Below, one piece after another: positions 9,868-19,932 of a stretch of 56,332 bases of DNA (positions within the stretch are counted from its first letter, which is position 1; every line of letters starts with the position of its first letter). The notes under the pieces were generated by a model. It had not been told where the DNA came from. It made no database searches and worked only from the letters and a program-made list of their open reading frames with translations. This DNA comes from Escherichia phage HelliStehle_Bas95, in the sequence record PQ850607.1. The stretch is one strand, 5' to 3'. Position numbers and translations under genes: made by a program.

Positions 9868-11148
9868 ATGACTATCCAAAAGGACGCCACGACTCAACCG
9901 TACGGCAATATTACCAAACAATCTGTTGTTGCTGAGAACGAGGCCGCAGCCGCCGCAGCGGGTTACACTGACCCTGAACAAGCTGGCGCAAGCGATAATC
10001 TCGACGCTGACCAGGCTCCGCAAGAAGCTGGCAAAAGCGTGGTCGATACGGTCCGCGAGCAACAAGCAGCACAAGCGAAAGACTCCGAAGACTTCCTCGC
10101 AAACATTGCAGAACGTCGCCGCGCCCACTTACGTGAAGGTGCCGATGAGTCGCAAGATTTATATGGACTTGACATTGAGGACGAAAGTCAGGAAAATCAG
10201 GTACAGGACGTAGGAACCGAGGTTGAGCAGGAAGCTCAGGTGCAGCAGGAAGCCGCTCCAGCACAGGATTTAAATGCACCTCGTTTCTTCACCGATGCCG
10301 ACGGTAGCCAGAAAGTTGAACTTCTGGTAAACGGCAAGGTTCAAGTAGTCGATGCTTCACGCGTAATCGCGGCAGCCCAAAAGCTGGAAGCAGGAGACGA
10401 GCGGTTGCGCCAGGCCGCAGAAGAACGCCAGCGTTTAGAACGCGAACGTGCTGAACTTGAACAGTTGAGACTGGCCTCGCAACAGAATCAACAGCTATCC
10501 AATGCGGACGCTGATCCTGATCTGAAAGCGAAATTGCGACAAGGTTTTGAACGCCTTTATAATGAGGGCGACGAGAGTGCACTGGAAGAACTGGTAGATA
10601 CTCTGGCAAAGGGACGTCAACAGGCTATCCCTCAGATTGATCCTAATCAGTTAGTCGAGCAAGTTCTCGTAAAGCAAAACCATAAAGCATGGGACCATGC
10701 ACTGCAAGTTGACGCTCAGGCTTACGAGACTGATCCAGCATTTGCAGATGTGGTCGGTAACCCGGTGCTCAGTGCTAAAGCTACACAGTACGCTCGGCAG
10801 TTGGTACGTGAAACGAAAGCACGCGACAATAACATCCGCCCGTTGGATATTATGGCTCGCGCAGCAGAAATGGCACGTAACGAAGCGCGTGAACTGGCAG
10901 CAGCTTTGGGTTACACTGACCAGCAGCAGGTTACAACGCAGCAGGTAAGCTCGCGCGCGGCGGCCACGGAAGCCCGTAAGAGTCAGGTAGGAAACACCGT
11001 ATTGGGTAGCGGGACTCAGCGCGGAAACGTGCAGTCGAAACCAGCAGCAGTACCGGATGGTGGTAAGAGTCCGTCTTCTATGGACGCGAAACTTGCAGCC
11101 TTCGCAGGTCTGACGCAGGGCAGAACCGCCCCAGCAATTAAACGTTAA
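9868..11148 (+). CDS. scaffolding protein (inferred)
   Basis: 426 aa, acidic, Q/E/A-rich coiled-coil composition; directly upstream of major capsid gene. Confidence 0.6.
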   Translation: MTIQKDATTQPYGNITKQSVVAENEAAAAAAGYTDPEQAGASDNLDADQAPQEAGKSVVDTVREQQAAQAKDSEDFLANIAERRRAHLREGADESQDLYGLDIEDESQENQVQDVGTEVEQEAQVQQEAAPAQDLNAPRFFTDADGSQKVELLVNGKVQVVDASRVIAAAQKLEAGDERLRQAAEERQRLERERAELEQLRLASQQNQQLSNADADPDLKAKLRQGFERLYNEGDESALEELVDTLAKGRQQAIPQIDPNQLVEQVLVKQNHKAWDHALQVDAQAYETDPAFADVVGNPVLSAKATQYARQLVRETKARDNNIRPLDIMARAAEMARNEARELAAALGYTDQQQVTTQQVSSRAAATEARKSQVGNTVLGSGTQRGNVQSKPAAVPDGGKSPSSMDAKLAAFAGLTQGRTAPAIKR

Positions 11149-11169
11149 ATCGTAAAGGAGAGTAACACT

Positions 11170-12141
11170 ATGGCAGGTCAATTGTGGGGCGTTGAGCGTC
11201 TCGGCGGGTTCATGTACTCAGACCAACTGAGTCAGTATCTGCGTAAAGAAGTGCAGCCGATGATGCGTTTCCGCCAGTTCTGCTCGGCGAAAGAAGCGTT
11301 TACCTACGGTCGCGGTGACATCTTCCATTGGGATATTTTCACCAACGTACGCACCCAGGGTGGCCGCCTGAAAGAAGGTCAAGCTCTGCCAGAAACCAAC
11401 TTCGAAATCCGCCAGGGTTCCTTGCAGATCGACGAGTTTGGTAACTCCGTACCGTACACCAAAAAACTGGACAACCTGTCCAAAGTTCCGGTTGAGAACA
11501 TTATCCAGTCCGCTCTGAAAGATGACTGCGCTAAGACCCTCGACTATGAAGCGTACGCACAGTTCAACCAGACTCGTCTAGTAGCCGTAGCAACTGGCGG
11601 TACCTCTCCGACTTCCGTGACCATCGAAGCAGTGGCCACCGCTGGCGCTCACACCGCTACCGTGAACGACTCTGCTCTGACGCTGGACCACGTGAAAGGC
11701 ATCATCGACGAGATGAAAGAACGTAACATCCCTGGCTACGACGGCGATGACTACTTCGCTCTGGCGCGTCCGACGACTTTCCGTCCGATCCGCAACGAGA
11801 TTGAAGAACTGTCTAAGTACGTAGAAAGCGGCTGGCGTAACATTCGCCTGGGCGAAATCGGTAAGTATGAAGGTTGCCGTTTCGTTGAGCAGACTAACAT
11901 TCCGTCCAAAGGCTGGACCAATGGCAAGTCTGACGAAGCGTTCTTCTTCGGCGGCGATACCGTAACTGAAGCAGTTACCGATCCTGAACAGATTCGTGGT
12001 AAACTGCCTACCGACTACGGTCGTTCCAAAGGTGTTGCATGGTACTACATGGGCGGCTTCGGTATCGTTCACAACCAGTCTCTGGCTGACGATCCGCAGG
12101 CGCTTCAGAACCGCATCATCCGTTGGGATTCCGCATCCTAA
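11170..12141 (+). CDS. major capsid protein
   Basis: 323 aa; strong SD; follows scaffold; followed by stable hairpin and terminator as for highly expressed capsid genes. Confidence 0.75.
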   Translation: MAGQLWGVERLGGFMYSDQLSQYLRKEVQPMMRFRQFCSAKEAFTYGRGDIFHWDIFTNVRTQGGRLKEGQALPETNFEIRQGSLQIDEFGNSVPYTKKLDNLSKVPVENIIQSALKDDCAKTLDYEAYAQFNQTRLVAVATGGTSPTSVTIEAVATAGAHTATVNDSALTLDHVKGIIDEMKERNIPGYDGDDYFALARPTTFRPIRNEIEELSKYVESGWRNIRLGEIGKYEGCRFVEQTNIPSKGWTNGKSDEAFFFGGDTVTEAVTDPEQIRGKLPTDYGRSKGVAWYYMGGFGIVHNQSLADDPQALQNRIIRWDSAS

Positions 12142-12149
12142 TTGACCAC

Positions 12150-12165
12150 GGGGGCTTCGGCCCCC
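12150..12165 (+). other. GC-rich RNA hairpin GGGGGC(UUCG)GCCCCC after capsid gene
   Basis: second copy of the UUCG-tetraloop element. Confidence 0.5.
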
Positions 12166-12184
12166 AAATTTAAGGAGAAGTAAA

Positions 12185-12385
12185 ATGGCTCAGAACAAAG
12201 CATACGGTATGCCTATCAACGATAGCGCAACTGGCATCCACGAAAAAGTAACTGGCGAAGCACGTTGCGGCCTGTCCAGTCTGGAAAAGTTCAAACCGGA
12301 AGAGTATCCGCTGACCGAACAGGCGCGCTTCTCTGCGGGTGAACGTAACGAAGACGTCGGTGGCGGCTTCAAACTCGTACAGTAA
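12185..12385 (+). CDS. small hypothetical virion-module protein
   Basis: 66-aa ORF with SD GGAGAAG. Confidence 0.5.
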   Translation: MAQNKAYGMPINDSATGIHEKVTGEARCGLSSLEKFKPEEYPLTEQARFSAGERNEDVGGGFKLVQ

Positions 12386-12399
12386 TGGAGAATATCTAA

Positions 12400-12774
12400 A
12401 TGGCTTATTCTTACGATGAGACACTTCGCGTCCAGTTCGCTTTAGCAGAGTTCGCATCTCTGCCAGTAGCGATGGCCGCTGAAGGTGGTAACCGTAAACT
12501 GGAAGGCTCTGTTGTTCTCGGTTTCGTTGGCGTCGGTACCACCGCTGGTGCGCTGACTCTGAACATCGGTGACAGCACTTCCGCTACTCGCTACGGCGTG
12601 TTTGTTGCAGACACTGTGGTTGTCGGTCAGCCTATCACTGGTAAACTGACTCTGACCGAAGAAGGTTACCACATGGGCGTCAGCAACGCGGCTACTACTC
12701 CACAGACCTTCGCTATCACAAGTGTTGGTACTGGTGCGGCAACTGGCCTGAAAGCTGTAGTCGGTTACTATTAA
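12400..12774 (+). CDS. hypothetical structural protein (possible decoration/fibre-anchor); C-terminus ...KAVVGYY
   Basis: 124-aa ORF; C-terminal motif matches N-terminus of fibre gene at 5167. Confidence 0.55.
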   Translation: MAYSYDETLRVQFALAEFASLPVAMAAEGGNRKLEGSVVLGFVGVGTTAGALTLNIGDSTSATRYGVFVADTVVVGQPITGKLTLTEEGYHMGVSNAATTPQTFAITSVGTGAATGLKAVVGYY

Positions 12775-12792
12775 TCGACAACGCTCCCGATC

Positions 12793-12822
12793 GGGGTCGC
12801 CTTGTGCGGCCCCTTTTTATTA
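12793..12822 (+). terminator. rho-independent terminator
   Basis: GGGGTCGC-cttgt-GCGGCCCC stem followed by TTTTTATTAT. Confidence 0.7.
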
Positions 12823-12854
12823 TGTATCATTGGTAGACTATTGGAGGACACACT

Positions 12855-13160
12855 ATGAAACCATCGTACAATCAGGATGACGCAATGTCATGGGGCCAGC
12901 GTGCAGAGTTTGACGTTGATGCTCTGAACAGCCAAATGGATTATGGCCGCATGGGTGATTACCTGCCGCCTTCCGATGGCACCCGTGGCGCTGAAGATGA
13001 TCATCCGAATATGGAGAGCTTCGATATTCGTGACGGTTACCTGGCTAACAAAGGTCTGGAATCTTTCCGCCCACACAATGACTGCGGTACTTCGGTCAAA
13101 CCGATGTACGATCAGCAGGCTGTTTACAAAGGTTACGGAGACAAGCGTTATGACAAGTAA
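12855..13160 (+). CDS. hypothetical protein
   Basis: 101-aa ORF. Confidence 0.5.
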   Translation: MKPSYNQDDAMSWGQRAEFDVDALNSQMDYGRMGDYLPPSDGTRGAEDDHPNMESFDIRDGYLANKGLESFRPHNDCGTSVKPMYDQQAVYKGYGDKRYDK

Positions 13161-13395
13161 ATTAGACACGAATAAACCTTACGGTAAAGTGCTCGGTTTT
13201 GTACAGGGTGTTGTTGGTGCTCGCTTCTCACAGGACGGCAAACTCTTTAACGCTCAACACGAACAGGTATTCCCGGTGAAAGAGCCTGAACCGGAAGTGG
13301 TTGAAGAAGTGAAAGAGCCTGAAGTGAAAGCACCAGTGAAGGCCGGTAAAGCTAAAGCAGCGCAACTCCCACCGGGACTGCCAACTAAGGAGTAA
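13148..13395 (+). CDS. hypothetical protein (Pro/Glu/Lys-rich C-terminus)
   Basis: 82-aa ORF, ATG at 13148 overlapping upstream stop. Confidence 0.45.
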
Positions 13396-13399
13396 TACT

Positions 13400-14062
13400 A
13401 TGGCACGGACATATCTTTCAATGGCGCAGGCCGTAGCGAGTGATGCAGGCTACGCCGGAAATATTCAGTCCGTAGCCGCAGTAACTGGCGACGCCGCACG
13501 TATCGTGCGGTTTGTCAGTGAGGCTTGCGAATACGTTGAAGCTCTTTGGGGCGACTGGCGTTTCCTGTGGGGTGGCCTCTACGAAGGTATTACCCTCGCC
13601 AATGTAAAAACCATCGCACCACCTGTCGGACTGTATCGTTGGGATCAGGCCCGAATGTTTATCGGCGACTTCCATTGCTCACCGATTCCTTATCATGAGT
13701 TCCATCCGTATCGGGGTATTGACCGCGCTGGCTACGTTGAAACCGTAGTCATCATGCCGGACAACTCCTTGAACATGTATCCTCATCCAGACAAGGACAT
13801 GAACTTTACGCTGTCATGGTACAAGTCACCTATGGTCCTGGTGAACGATGAAGATGAACCGAATATGCCGGATAAATTCCGCAAGATTATCGAGTCCTAC
13901 GCGCTGTGGCTTTACGCGATGTACGACGATTCTCAGGAACTGGCCGCTAAATCCCAGGGCGAATACGAGAAGTGGTTGCGTCTTCTTGAAGCTGACCAGC
14001 GTCCGGGCGGATACCCCACCAACCAGTCCTACGGCAACCACGTCGTAATTTCTGCGGAGTAA
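13400..14062 (+). CDS. virion structural protein (possibly adaptor / tail tubular A-like, by position)
   Basis: 220 aa; position after capsid module. Confidence 0.45.
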   Translation: MARTYLSMAQAVASDAGYAGNIQSVAAVTGDAARIVRFVSEACEYVEALWGDWRFLWGGLYEGITLANVKTIAPPVGLYRWDQARMFIGDFHCSPIPYHEFHPYRGIDRAGYVETVVIMPDNSLNMYPHPDKDMNFTLSWYKSPMVLVNDEDEPNMPDKFRKIIESYALWLYAMYDDSQELAAKSQGEYEKWLRLLEADQRPGGYPTNQSYGNHVVISAE

Positions 14063-14066
14063 TAAA

Positions 14067-16328
14067 ATGGGTGAATATGATCGCTTCTCGCTGGCGGGCG
14101 GCCTGGATTCGTCCACGCCATACATCGCCCGTACACCGGGAACGCTATTACAAAGCCGTAACTTTTCACCGGACACTGACGGCGGCTACCGCCTGCGTGG
14201 CGGCTTTGAGCGGTACGATGGCCGCCTGTCTCCGTCTTCAGTATCCATCACTAACCTTCATATGACCGACGTTGTGACGGGCATTCTGTGCGGCGATACG
14301 GTGACTGGCGCTACGTCCGGTGCAATCGGCGTCGTCGGTAAAGTGGCGAACCGTGAGATTTGGGTGGACGTACAGTCCGGTGAGTTCCAGTCAGGCGAAC
14401 TGGTGGCAGGTTTCACGCTGGACTTCATCACATTCGAACCGGTGGCAACCAGCAGCTATGTCCCCAACACCGTGGACGAACCGAGCATTATCATCGTCAC
14501 ACCTCAGCCTGGATTTAATCCTGTCGTCGGCGGGAAGATTCGCGGCGACCTGACGGGGGCCACGGCTTCGGTTACCGCAGTGCTGGTATCGGCTACCAAT
14601 ATGTGGATTTATGTAATGCCGCTGGAAGGCACCATCTCCGCTGACGAACCTGTACGCGACCAGGCTGGCGGTTACGCTGATACGTCATACTCCCAAAGCG
14701 TCGAGAACATGATTGCTAACCCCGATACTCCAGCGGGTGTATGGTTTTATCTGTCCGAATTACGCCGTGCAAAAATCCAGCCTGTACCTGGCGACGGTAA
14801 CGTGATGGGCGTGTGGGAACTGGCCGATTCAGTGTACGCCTTCCGTGACCAGAAAATGTTTAAGTCCACAGCTAACGGCTGGTCTGAAGTTGACCTGGGC
14901 TTCCTCATGACCTGGACAGACCGAGCAGCAACCGTGGTGGACAACGACCTGGGAACAGGAGACGTTCTTCGCGGCGCTACATCCGGCGCTACGGGGAAAG
15001 TAGGCTTTGTGGGCTACAGCACGCAGAATCATTCTGACGGTTACTTCTCCGTGACCGATATTACCGGTACTTTCGTGCTGGGTGAAGACCTGGTGAACAC
15101 GTCCGCTGGCGACGAGGTTGTCGGCAAAGTGGGACAACTCCCTGTTGCCAATGAACTCCCAGATTTGTCGCTGGGTATGCGCTTTGTCAACCACAACTTC
15201 TTCGCTACCGTCGACACTATGGCGATGTACGCAACCACAGGTACTGGCCCGGCGTTTGCCTACAACCCTAACATCGGCTTCTGTCCAATCCTGACCGGGC
15301 GCGACGCGGAAGATCCGTACGACGTAATCGTGCACAAGGATCATTTATTCCTGGCCTATCCGAAAGCCAGCTTGCAACATAGCGTCGTCGGCAATCCTTT
15401 CGACTGGTCCGGCAGTATCGGTGCGCTGGAAGTCGGCGTGGGTAGTGACGTGACCAGTCTGGTATCATCCCCTAAATCACTCATCATCTGTACCGAGAAA
15501 GACGTGCAGTCACTGAGCGGTGAAGGTATCGATAGCTGGGTTAAAGACATCGTGACGTCACACAACGGCATTGCCCGGTACTCCGGTCAGTACCAGTCAC
15601 AGACGTTCGTGCTGTCGCGTAACGGCATTGTCGCAATCGACCGTACGGATCAGTTCGGTAACTTTAGCGATAGCGCAACAAGCGACCGTATCCGTAACCT
15701 GCTCCGTCCACGCTATGACAAGTGCGTGTGCGCGGTGGCACGTAAAGACAAAGGTGTGTACGCCGTGTATTATAACGACGGTACGTGCATCGGTATGGCG
15801 ACGTATCAGGGACAACTGATCGGCTTCTACACGTTCGACCACGGCGGCCAGATTGTACGCAATGCGGTGGCCCCCTACAGTCGTGTGTGGTTTTACACTG
15901 ACTCAGGTTTCATCTATCAGGACGACGTTGGCTTCAGTTGTGACGGCGCGCCGAAGGTGGCATCTTTCCGTACATCCTACGCAAACCAGGGTGACCCGGA
16001 CACACGCAAGCGCTTCCGTCGCTGCGACATTACCTTTAATGCTGAATCGTATGTTAACGTGTTCGTCAACTTCAGTTTCGATAAGGGTAACGGTGACGCA
16101 CAGTCGACAATCGACTACGGTCTGATCTCGTCGAACGGCGGTCGCTGGGATTCATCAAACTGGAACCAGGTGTTTTGGGATGCGTCAGAGTTCCCGACTA
16201 TCGCCACGGATATTTCTGGTGTAGGTTTTGACATCAGCACTATGGTTTACATTTCCTCCCGCATTCATCCTGAGTTTGTGGTCGAGGATATTTCCTTCGA
16301 ATGGTCAGCACGCAGGAAGGTACGATAA
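14067..16328 (+). CDS. large tail structural protein (possibly tail tubular B-like, by position and size)
   Basis: 753 aa; follows the 220-aa protein as in podovirus tail modules. Confidence 0.45.
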   Translation: MGEYDRFSLAGGLDSSTPYIARTPGTLLQSRNFSPDTDGGYRLRGGFERYDGRLSPSSVSITNLHMTDVVTGILCGDTVTGATSGAIGVVGKVANREIWVDVQSGEFQSGELVAGFTLDFITFEPVATSSYVPNTVDEPSIIIVTPQPGFNPVVGGKIRGDLTGATASVTAVLVSATNMWIYVMPLEGTISADEPVRDQAGGYADTSYSQSVENMIANPDTPAGVWFYLSELRRAKIQPVPGDGNVMGVWELADSVYAFRDQKMFKSTANGWSEVDLGFLMTWTDRAATVVDNDLGTGDVLRGATSGATGKVGFVGYSTQNHSDGYFSVTDITGTFVLGEDLVNTSAGDEVVGKVGQLPVANELPDLSLGMRFVNHNFFATVDTMAMYATTGTGPAFAYNPNIGFCPILTGRDAEDPYDVIVHKDHLFLAYPKASLQHSVVGNPFDWSGSIGALEVGVGSDVTSLVSSPKSLIICTEKDVQSLSGEGIDSWVKDIVTSHNGIARYSGQYQSQTFVLSRNGIVAIDRTDQFGNFSDSATSDRIRNLLRPRYDKCVCAVARKDKGVYAVYYNDGTCIGMATYQGQLIGFYTFDHGGQIVRNAVAPYSRVWFYTDSGFIYQDDVGFSCDGAPKVASFRTSYANQGDPDTRKRFRRCDITFNAESYVNVFVNFSFDKGNGDAQSTIDYGLISSNGGRWDSSNWNQVFWDASEFPTIATDISGVGFDISTMVYISSRIHPEFVVEDISFEWSARRKVR

Positions 16329-16987
16329 TGGCTAACACTTATTTCAACTACGCAAACCCGGTTACGCCGGGTGCAACAATTCTGTCGAGCAAATACAACG
16401 GTGACTTCCGTGCCGTCGAGCGCGCTTTCGACACGTTACCAGCACCTAACGAACTGGTCGCAAGCTATAAAAACGTGGGGACTACCGCAGGTACCGCTAC
16501 AGCATTCACGCTCAACCTTCCGGCGTTCGACGCGTCGTTCGGTTACACGATGGGGATGCAGGTCGTCGTCAAGCTGCATGTCACCAACACCGGACCGTCA
16601 ACGATTTCGGTGAACGGACTTCCAGCGAAGAACATTCTCAACCTGATTTCTGGCCTCGGTCCGCTGGACTCGGGTGACCTGCGTGCAGGCGCGATGTACT
16701 CGCTGCGTTACGACGGTACCGACTTCCAGTTGATGAACGCCACGTCGAACGTGATCGCTAAGACTGTAGCGAACGCTAATGCTGCGGCAGCCAGTGCGGC
16801 CACGGCTACTAACGCTGTCAACACCGCCATCCCGGCGTACAACAACATGCTCGCTACAGTCCTGAAGGTGGGTAGCGTTAAGTTCTTTGACCCGACGCTC
16901 GACCCCAACCTGTCGTATCCGGGCACTACCTGGGTGCAACTGGCAGGCACATCAGCAGCAGCTAAAGGGTGGAGACGTACAGCATGA
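16328..16987 (+). CDS. virion protein, paralogue 1
   Basis: N-terminus ANTYFNYANPVTPGATI... homologous to next gene. Confidence 0.55.
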   Translation: MANTYFNYANPVTPGATILSSKYNGDFRAVERAFDTLPAPNELVASYKNVGTTAGTATAFTLNLPAFDASFGYTMGMQVVVKLHVTNTGPSTISVNGLPAKNILNLISGLGPLDSGDLRAGAMYSLRYDGTDFQLMNATSNVIAKTVANANAAAASAATATNAVNTAIPAYNNMLATVLKVGSVKFFDPTLDPNLSYPGTTWVQLAGTSAAAKGWRRTA

Positions 16988-17631
16988 GCAACCTGTATTT
17001 TAACTTCACGCTCCCGGCAGTGCCGGGGGCTTTGATTGATGCGGTGATCTACAACGAAGAGATGGTAAACATCTCCGAGGCGTTTGACATCATCCCGCCG
17101 TCTACGCAGTTAATCGACGGTACTCTGATTTACTCTGCCTGCTACGGGTCGGGCAGCAATAAAGCTACGGAACTGACGTTCAGTCCAATTGGCCCTTACA
17201 TCTTCGGTGAGCAGGTGGCGCTCCGGGTGAACATTCCGAACAACTCGCTGTCCACGCTGAGCATCAATCACCGTGGCGCACGTCCGGTATGGTTTGACCA
17301 GGTGGGCGGCTCGGTCGCGGGAGACATGCAGCGCGGCGGATTCTATACCCTGATTTTTGATGGATCGCGCTTTGCGTGTCTGGAGATGTCACGCCGTGGT
17401 ATCGTTGGCGCTGAGATGTTCGCAAACGTGGCCGCCGCTGCCGCTGACAGAATGAAGGGTATGGTGTACGGTGGTACAGTAATAGGTTCGATTGAGTTTT
17501 TCGGCGTTGGCGAAACGCCTTCCGACTATTACCCGCTGACAACCTGGGACATCATGACCGACTCGGTAGATTCGTTGACCGACGGCGTGGTATCATCTAC
17601 GGACCTCGTAGCCTGGATTCGGAGATTATAA
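16984..17631 (+). CDS. virion protein, paralogue 2
   Basis: N-terminus SNLYFNFTLPAVPGALI...; ATGA overlap with paralogue 1. Confidence 0.55.
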   Translation: MSNLYFNFTLPAVPGALIDAVIYNEEMVNISEAFDIIPPSTQLIDGTLIYSACYGSGSNKATELTFSPIGPYIFGEQVALRVNIPNNSLSTLSINHRGARPVWFDQVGGSVAGDMQRGGFYTLIFDGSRFACLEMSRRGIVGAEMFANVAAAAADRMKGMVYGGTVIGSIEFFGVGETPSDYYPLTTWDIMTDSVDSLTDGVVSSTDLVAWIRRL

Positions 17632-17633
17632 AC

Positions 17634-18521
17634 ATGGCACTTGATACACAATCGGCGGTAGCCACCACTACCCCGGATCAGTTACAAACAACCACCACAC
17701 CTTCATCTACTGCGGGTGCTGAGGGTTCAAGCTCTATTCAAAGCGCTATGTCGCAGGCTGCACAACCGCAGCAGACGACCACCAATGGTAACGTTACGGC
17801 GAACAATAACGCCAACAGTGCATACAATTACCAGACTGTAGACCAGGCTTATAACAATCTGGTTGACACCAACAGTCCTATGATGCAGCAAGCAGCGGCC
17901 ACGGCTCAGCGCGAAGCGGCACGTCGCGGGTTGGGTAACTCGTCTATGGCGGTTGGTTCAGCGCAAGGTGCGGTAGCTAACACAGCGGCATCAATGGCCT
18001 CACAGATGGCGCAGCAGTCGCAGAATCAGTCGCAGTTCAACCGTGGTACCGACGTACAGGAATCACAGTATGACCGCAGCCAGACCGAGCAAGAACGCGC
18101 CCAGCAGAAAGCGGAAGAGTTCACAGGTCGTCAGATGACTGAAGCTGAACGTGCCGCACTGGTGGGTGAGTCTCAAAATCAGCAGCAGATCAATAACCAG
18201 AATCAGCAGTTCCAGCAATCCCTGTCTCAACAGCAGCAGGAATTTAACCGGAACATGGAACTCGAAAACCGTAAGATTAGCGAGCAGGCCAAACAGTTTT
18301 CAAATTCTATTCAAGCAAACGCCCGTGGCGCTTATACTGATTCGGTCAACAACCTGTTGAATAACAGTTCGGTGAACATCAACAATATCTCATCGAATGC
18401 GAACATTTCCCAGGCTGACAAGAATGCTCTAATTCAGCAGGAATTGAACAACCGTAACAATGACTTACAGTATCTGCAATCGCTGTACGGCAACGTTACA
18501 TCATGGTCTGACCGTCTGTAA
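17634..18521 (+). CDS. Gln/Asn-rich low-complexity virion protein
   Basis: 295 aa, Q/N/S/A-rich. Confidence 0.5.
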   Translation: MALDTQSAVATTTPDQLQTTTTPSSTAGAEGSSSIQSAMSQAAQPQQTTTNGNVTANNNANSAYNYQTVDQAYNNLVDTNSPMMQQAAATAQREAARRGLGNSSMAVGSAQGAVANTAASMASQMAQQSQNQSQFNRGTDVQESQYDRSQTEQERAQQKAEEFTGRQMTEAERAALVGESQNQQQINNQNQQFQQSLSQQQQEFNRNMELENRKISEQAKQFSNSIQANARGAYTDSVNNLLNNSSVNINNISSNANISQADKNALIQQELNNRNNDLQYLQSLYGNVTSWSDRL

Positions 18522-18532
18522 GGAGACGAACG

Positions 18533-18889
18533 ATGGGTTTCTTCGATAGCTTTCTCGACACCGCCAGCAGCGCTTTCAACTGGTTGGGTAACAACAAGAC
18601 AGCACTGGATTTGATTTCCGGCGCGGCGAAAGGATACGGTACCTACATGCAGTACCAGCAGAACAAGGAGGCGGCCAACCTCCAGAAGCAACAGATGAAA
18701 CAAGCACAGTCGCAGTACGATCAGTCACTGGCCTTCCAGAAGCAGCAGTACGAGGATGAGCAGCGACGAATCAAAGATAACACAGCAGCGCCAACCGCAT
18801 ACAACAACGCGTTACCTATGTCGGCTTTCGAGGCTGGCAATCTACTTTCGGGTAACATGGCTGACGCAATGAAGAAAGGAGCATTCTAA
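18533..18889 (+). CDS. hypothetical protein
   Basis: 118-aa ORF. Confidence 0.5.
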   Translation: MGFFDSFLDTASSAFNWLGNNKTALDLISGAAKGYGTYMQYQQNKEAANLQKQQMKQAQSQYDQSLAFQKQQYEDEQRRIKDNTAAPTAYNNALPMSAFEAGNLLSGNMADAMKKGAF

Positions 18890-19932
18890 TGTCATTCACA
18901 GGATTCGGTGGCGGCAAAGGGTCAATCAACTCCGGTAACCAGAACATGGCTTCCGGCAACCCTTCGTCCGCAAACTACGGCGGTGGCGGCAAGAGTAATA
19001 GCAGCTCATCCGGTAACGGTGGGAAGAACACTGGCGGAAACCTTTCGTCAAGTGCTAAAGCCAGTGACTCAGCTAAATCGTCGGCAACCAAATCGTCATC
19101 GACATCTACCGGTGGTGGAATCATGGGTGGTCTCACCAGTGCTGTACAATCTGCACGGTCAGCTCGCTCCACCACATCAACCACAGGTAAGTCGTCGATG
19201 TCCAGTAATATCGGCAACGCTGTAGCAAATGCGTTCGGTGGAAAGGATCAGTCGTCCAACTCAATGGGTACTGGCGCTTCAGGTTACGGCAACGACACCG
19301 CAGGTAGCGTGAGTAACAGCGTGGGTGCAATGAATACCGGGGAAGCCAAAGCCAAAGCCGCCAGCCAGATGAACGCGTTTAAATCCGGTTACCGTGACCA
19401 GGCTAACTCCAGCATGACGGGCGCAGCGTTCGGTGCTACCGGATCTATCGGTTCAGCTATCGGCGCTGGCATCGGTAAGGTGACAGGTACAGGTTACGCG
19501 CCGGGCAGCGACGAGGCCAATACGGCGTCGCGTGGTGCTGCATATGCTAACCAGAATGGTCTGAGTTCCACCGCGCGCGGATTAGGTTCAATGGCGGCTG
19601 GTATCCTCGGTGGTCCTGTAGGTTCGGCAATCGCCAGCCTGGCGCTGGGCGGTACGTCATATGCAATGCAGCGTAACGCCTTTCCGTCGGCCTTTGATGG
19701 TCAGCAGGATAAAGGGATCACCAGCGGTATGGCTATGAACAACGGCTCGGAAACCATGCGCGAAGGTGGTAATCAGGCAGGTGGCATCGCGGCATCCATG
19801 CAGCAAGCAGCGCAACCTGAACCCGTGGCCGCCGCACAACCAGCGCAGCAGGAACCTAACTTTGAGCACGCCAGCGATTACACTAACCAGCGTAACAGCA
19901 TGTGGAATCTCAACATGGGGAGTATCATCTAA
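18889..19932 (+). CDS. Gly/Ser/Ala-rich low-complexity virion protein (possible internal/ejection protein)
   Basis: 347 aa, extreme G/S/A/N composition. Confidence 0.5.
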   Translation: MSFTGFGGGKGSINSGNQNMASGNPSSANYGGGGKSNSSSSGNGGKNTGGNLSSSAKASDSAKSSATKSSSTSTGGGIMGGLTSAVQSARSARSTTSTTGKSSMSSNIGNAVANAFGGKDQSSNSMGTGASGYGNDTAGSVSNSVGAMNTGEAKAKAASQMNAFKSGYRDQANSSMTGAAFGATGSIGSAIGAGIGKVTGTGYAPGSDEANTASRGAAYANQNGLSSTARGLGSMAAGILGGPVGSAIASLALGGTSYAMQRNAFPSAFDGQQDKGITSGMAMNNGSETMREGGNQAGGIAASMQQAAQPEPVAAAQPAQQEPNFEHASDYTNQRNSMWNLNMGSII

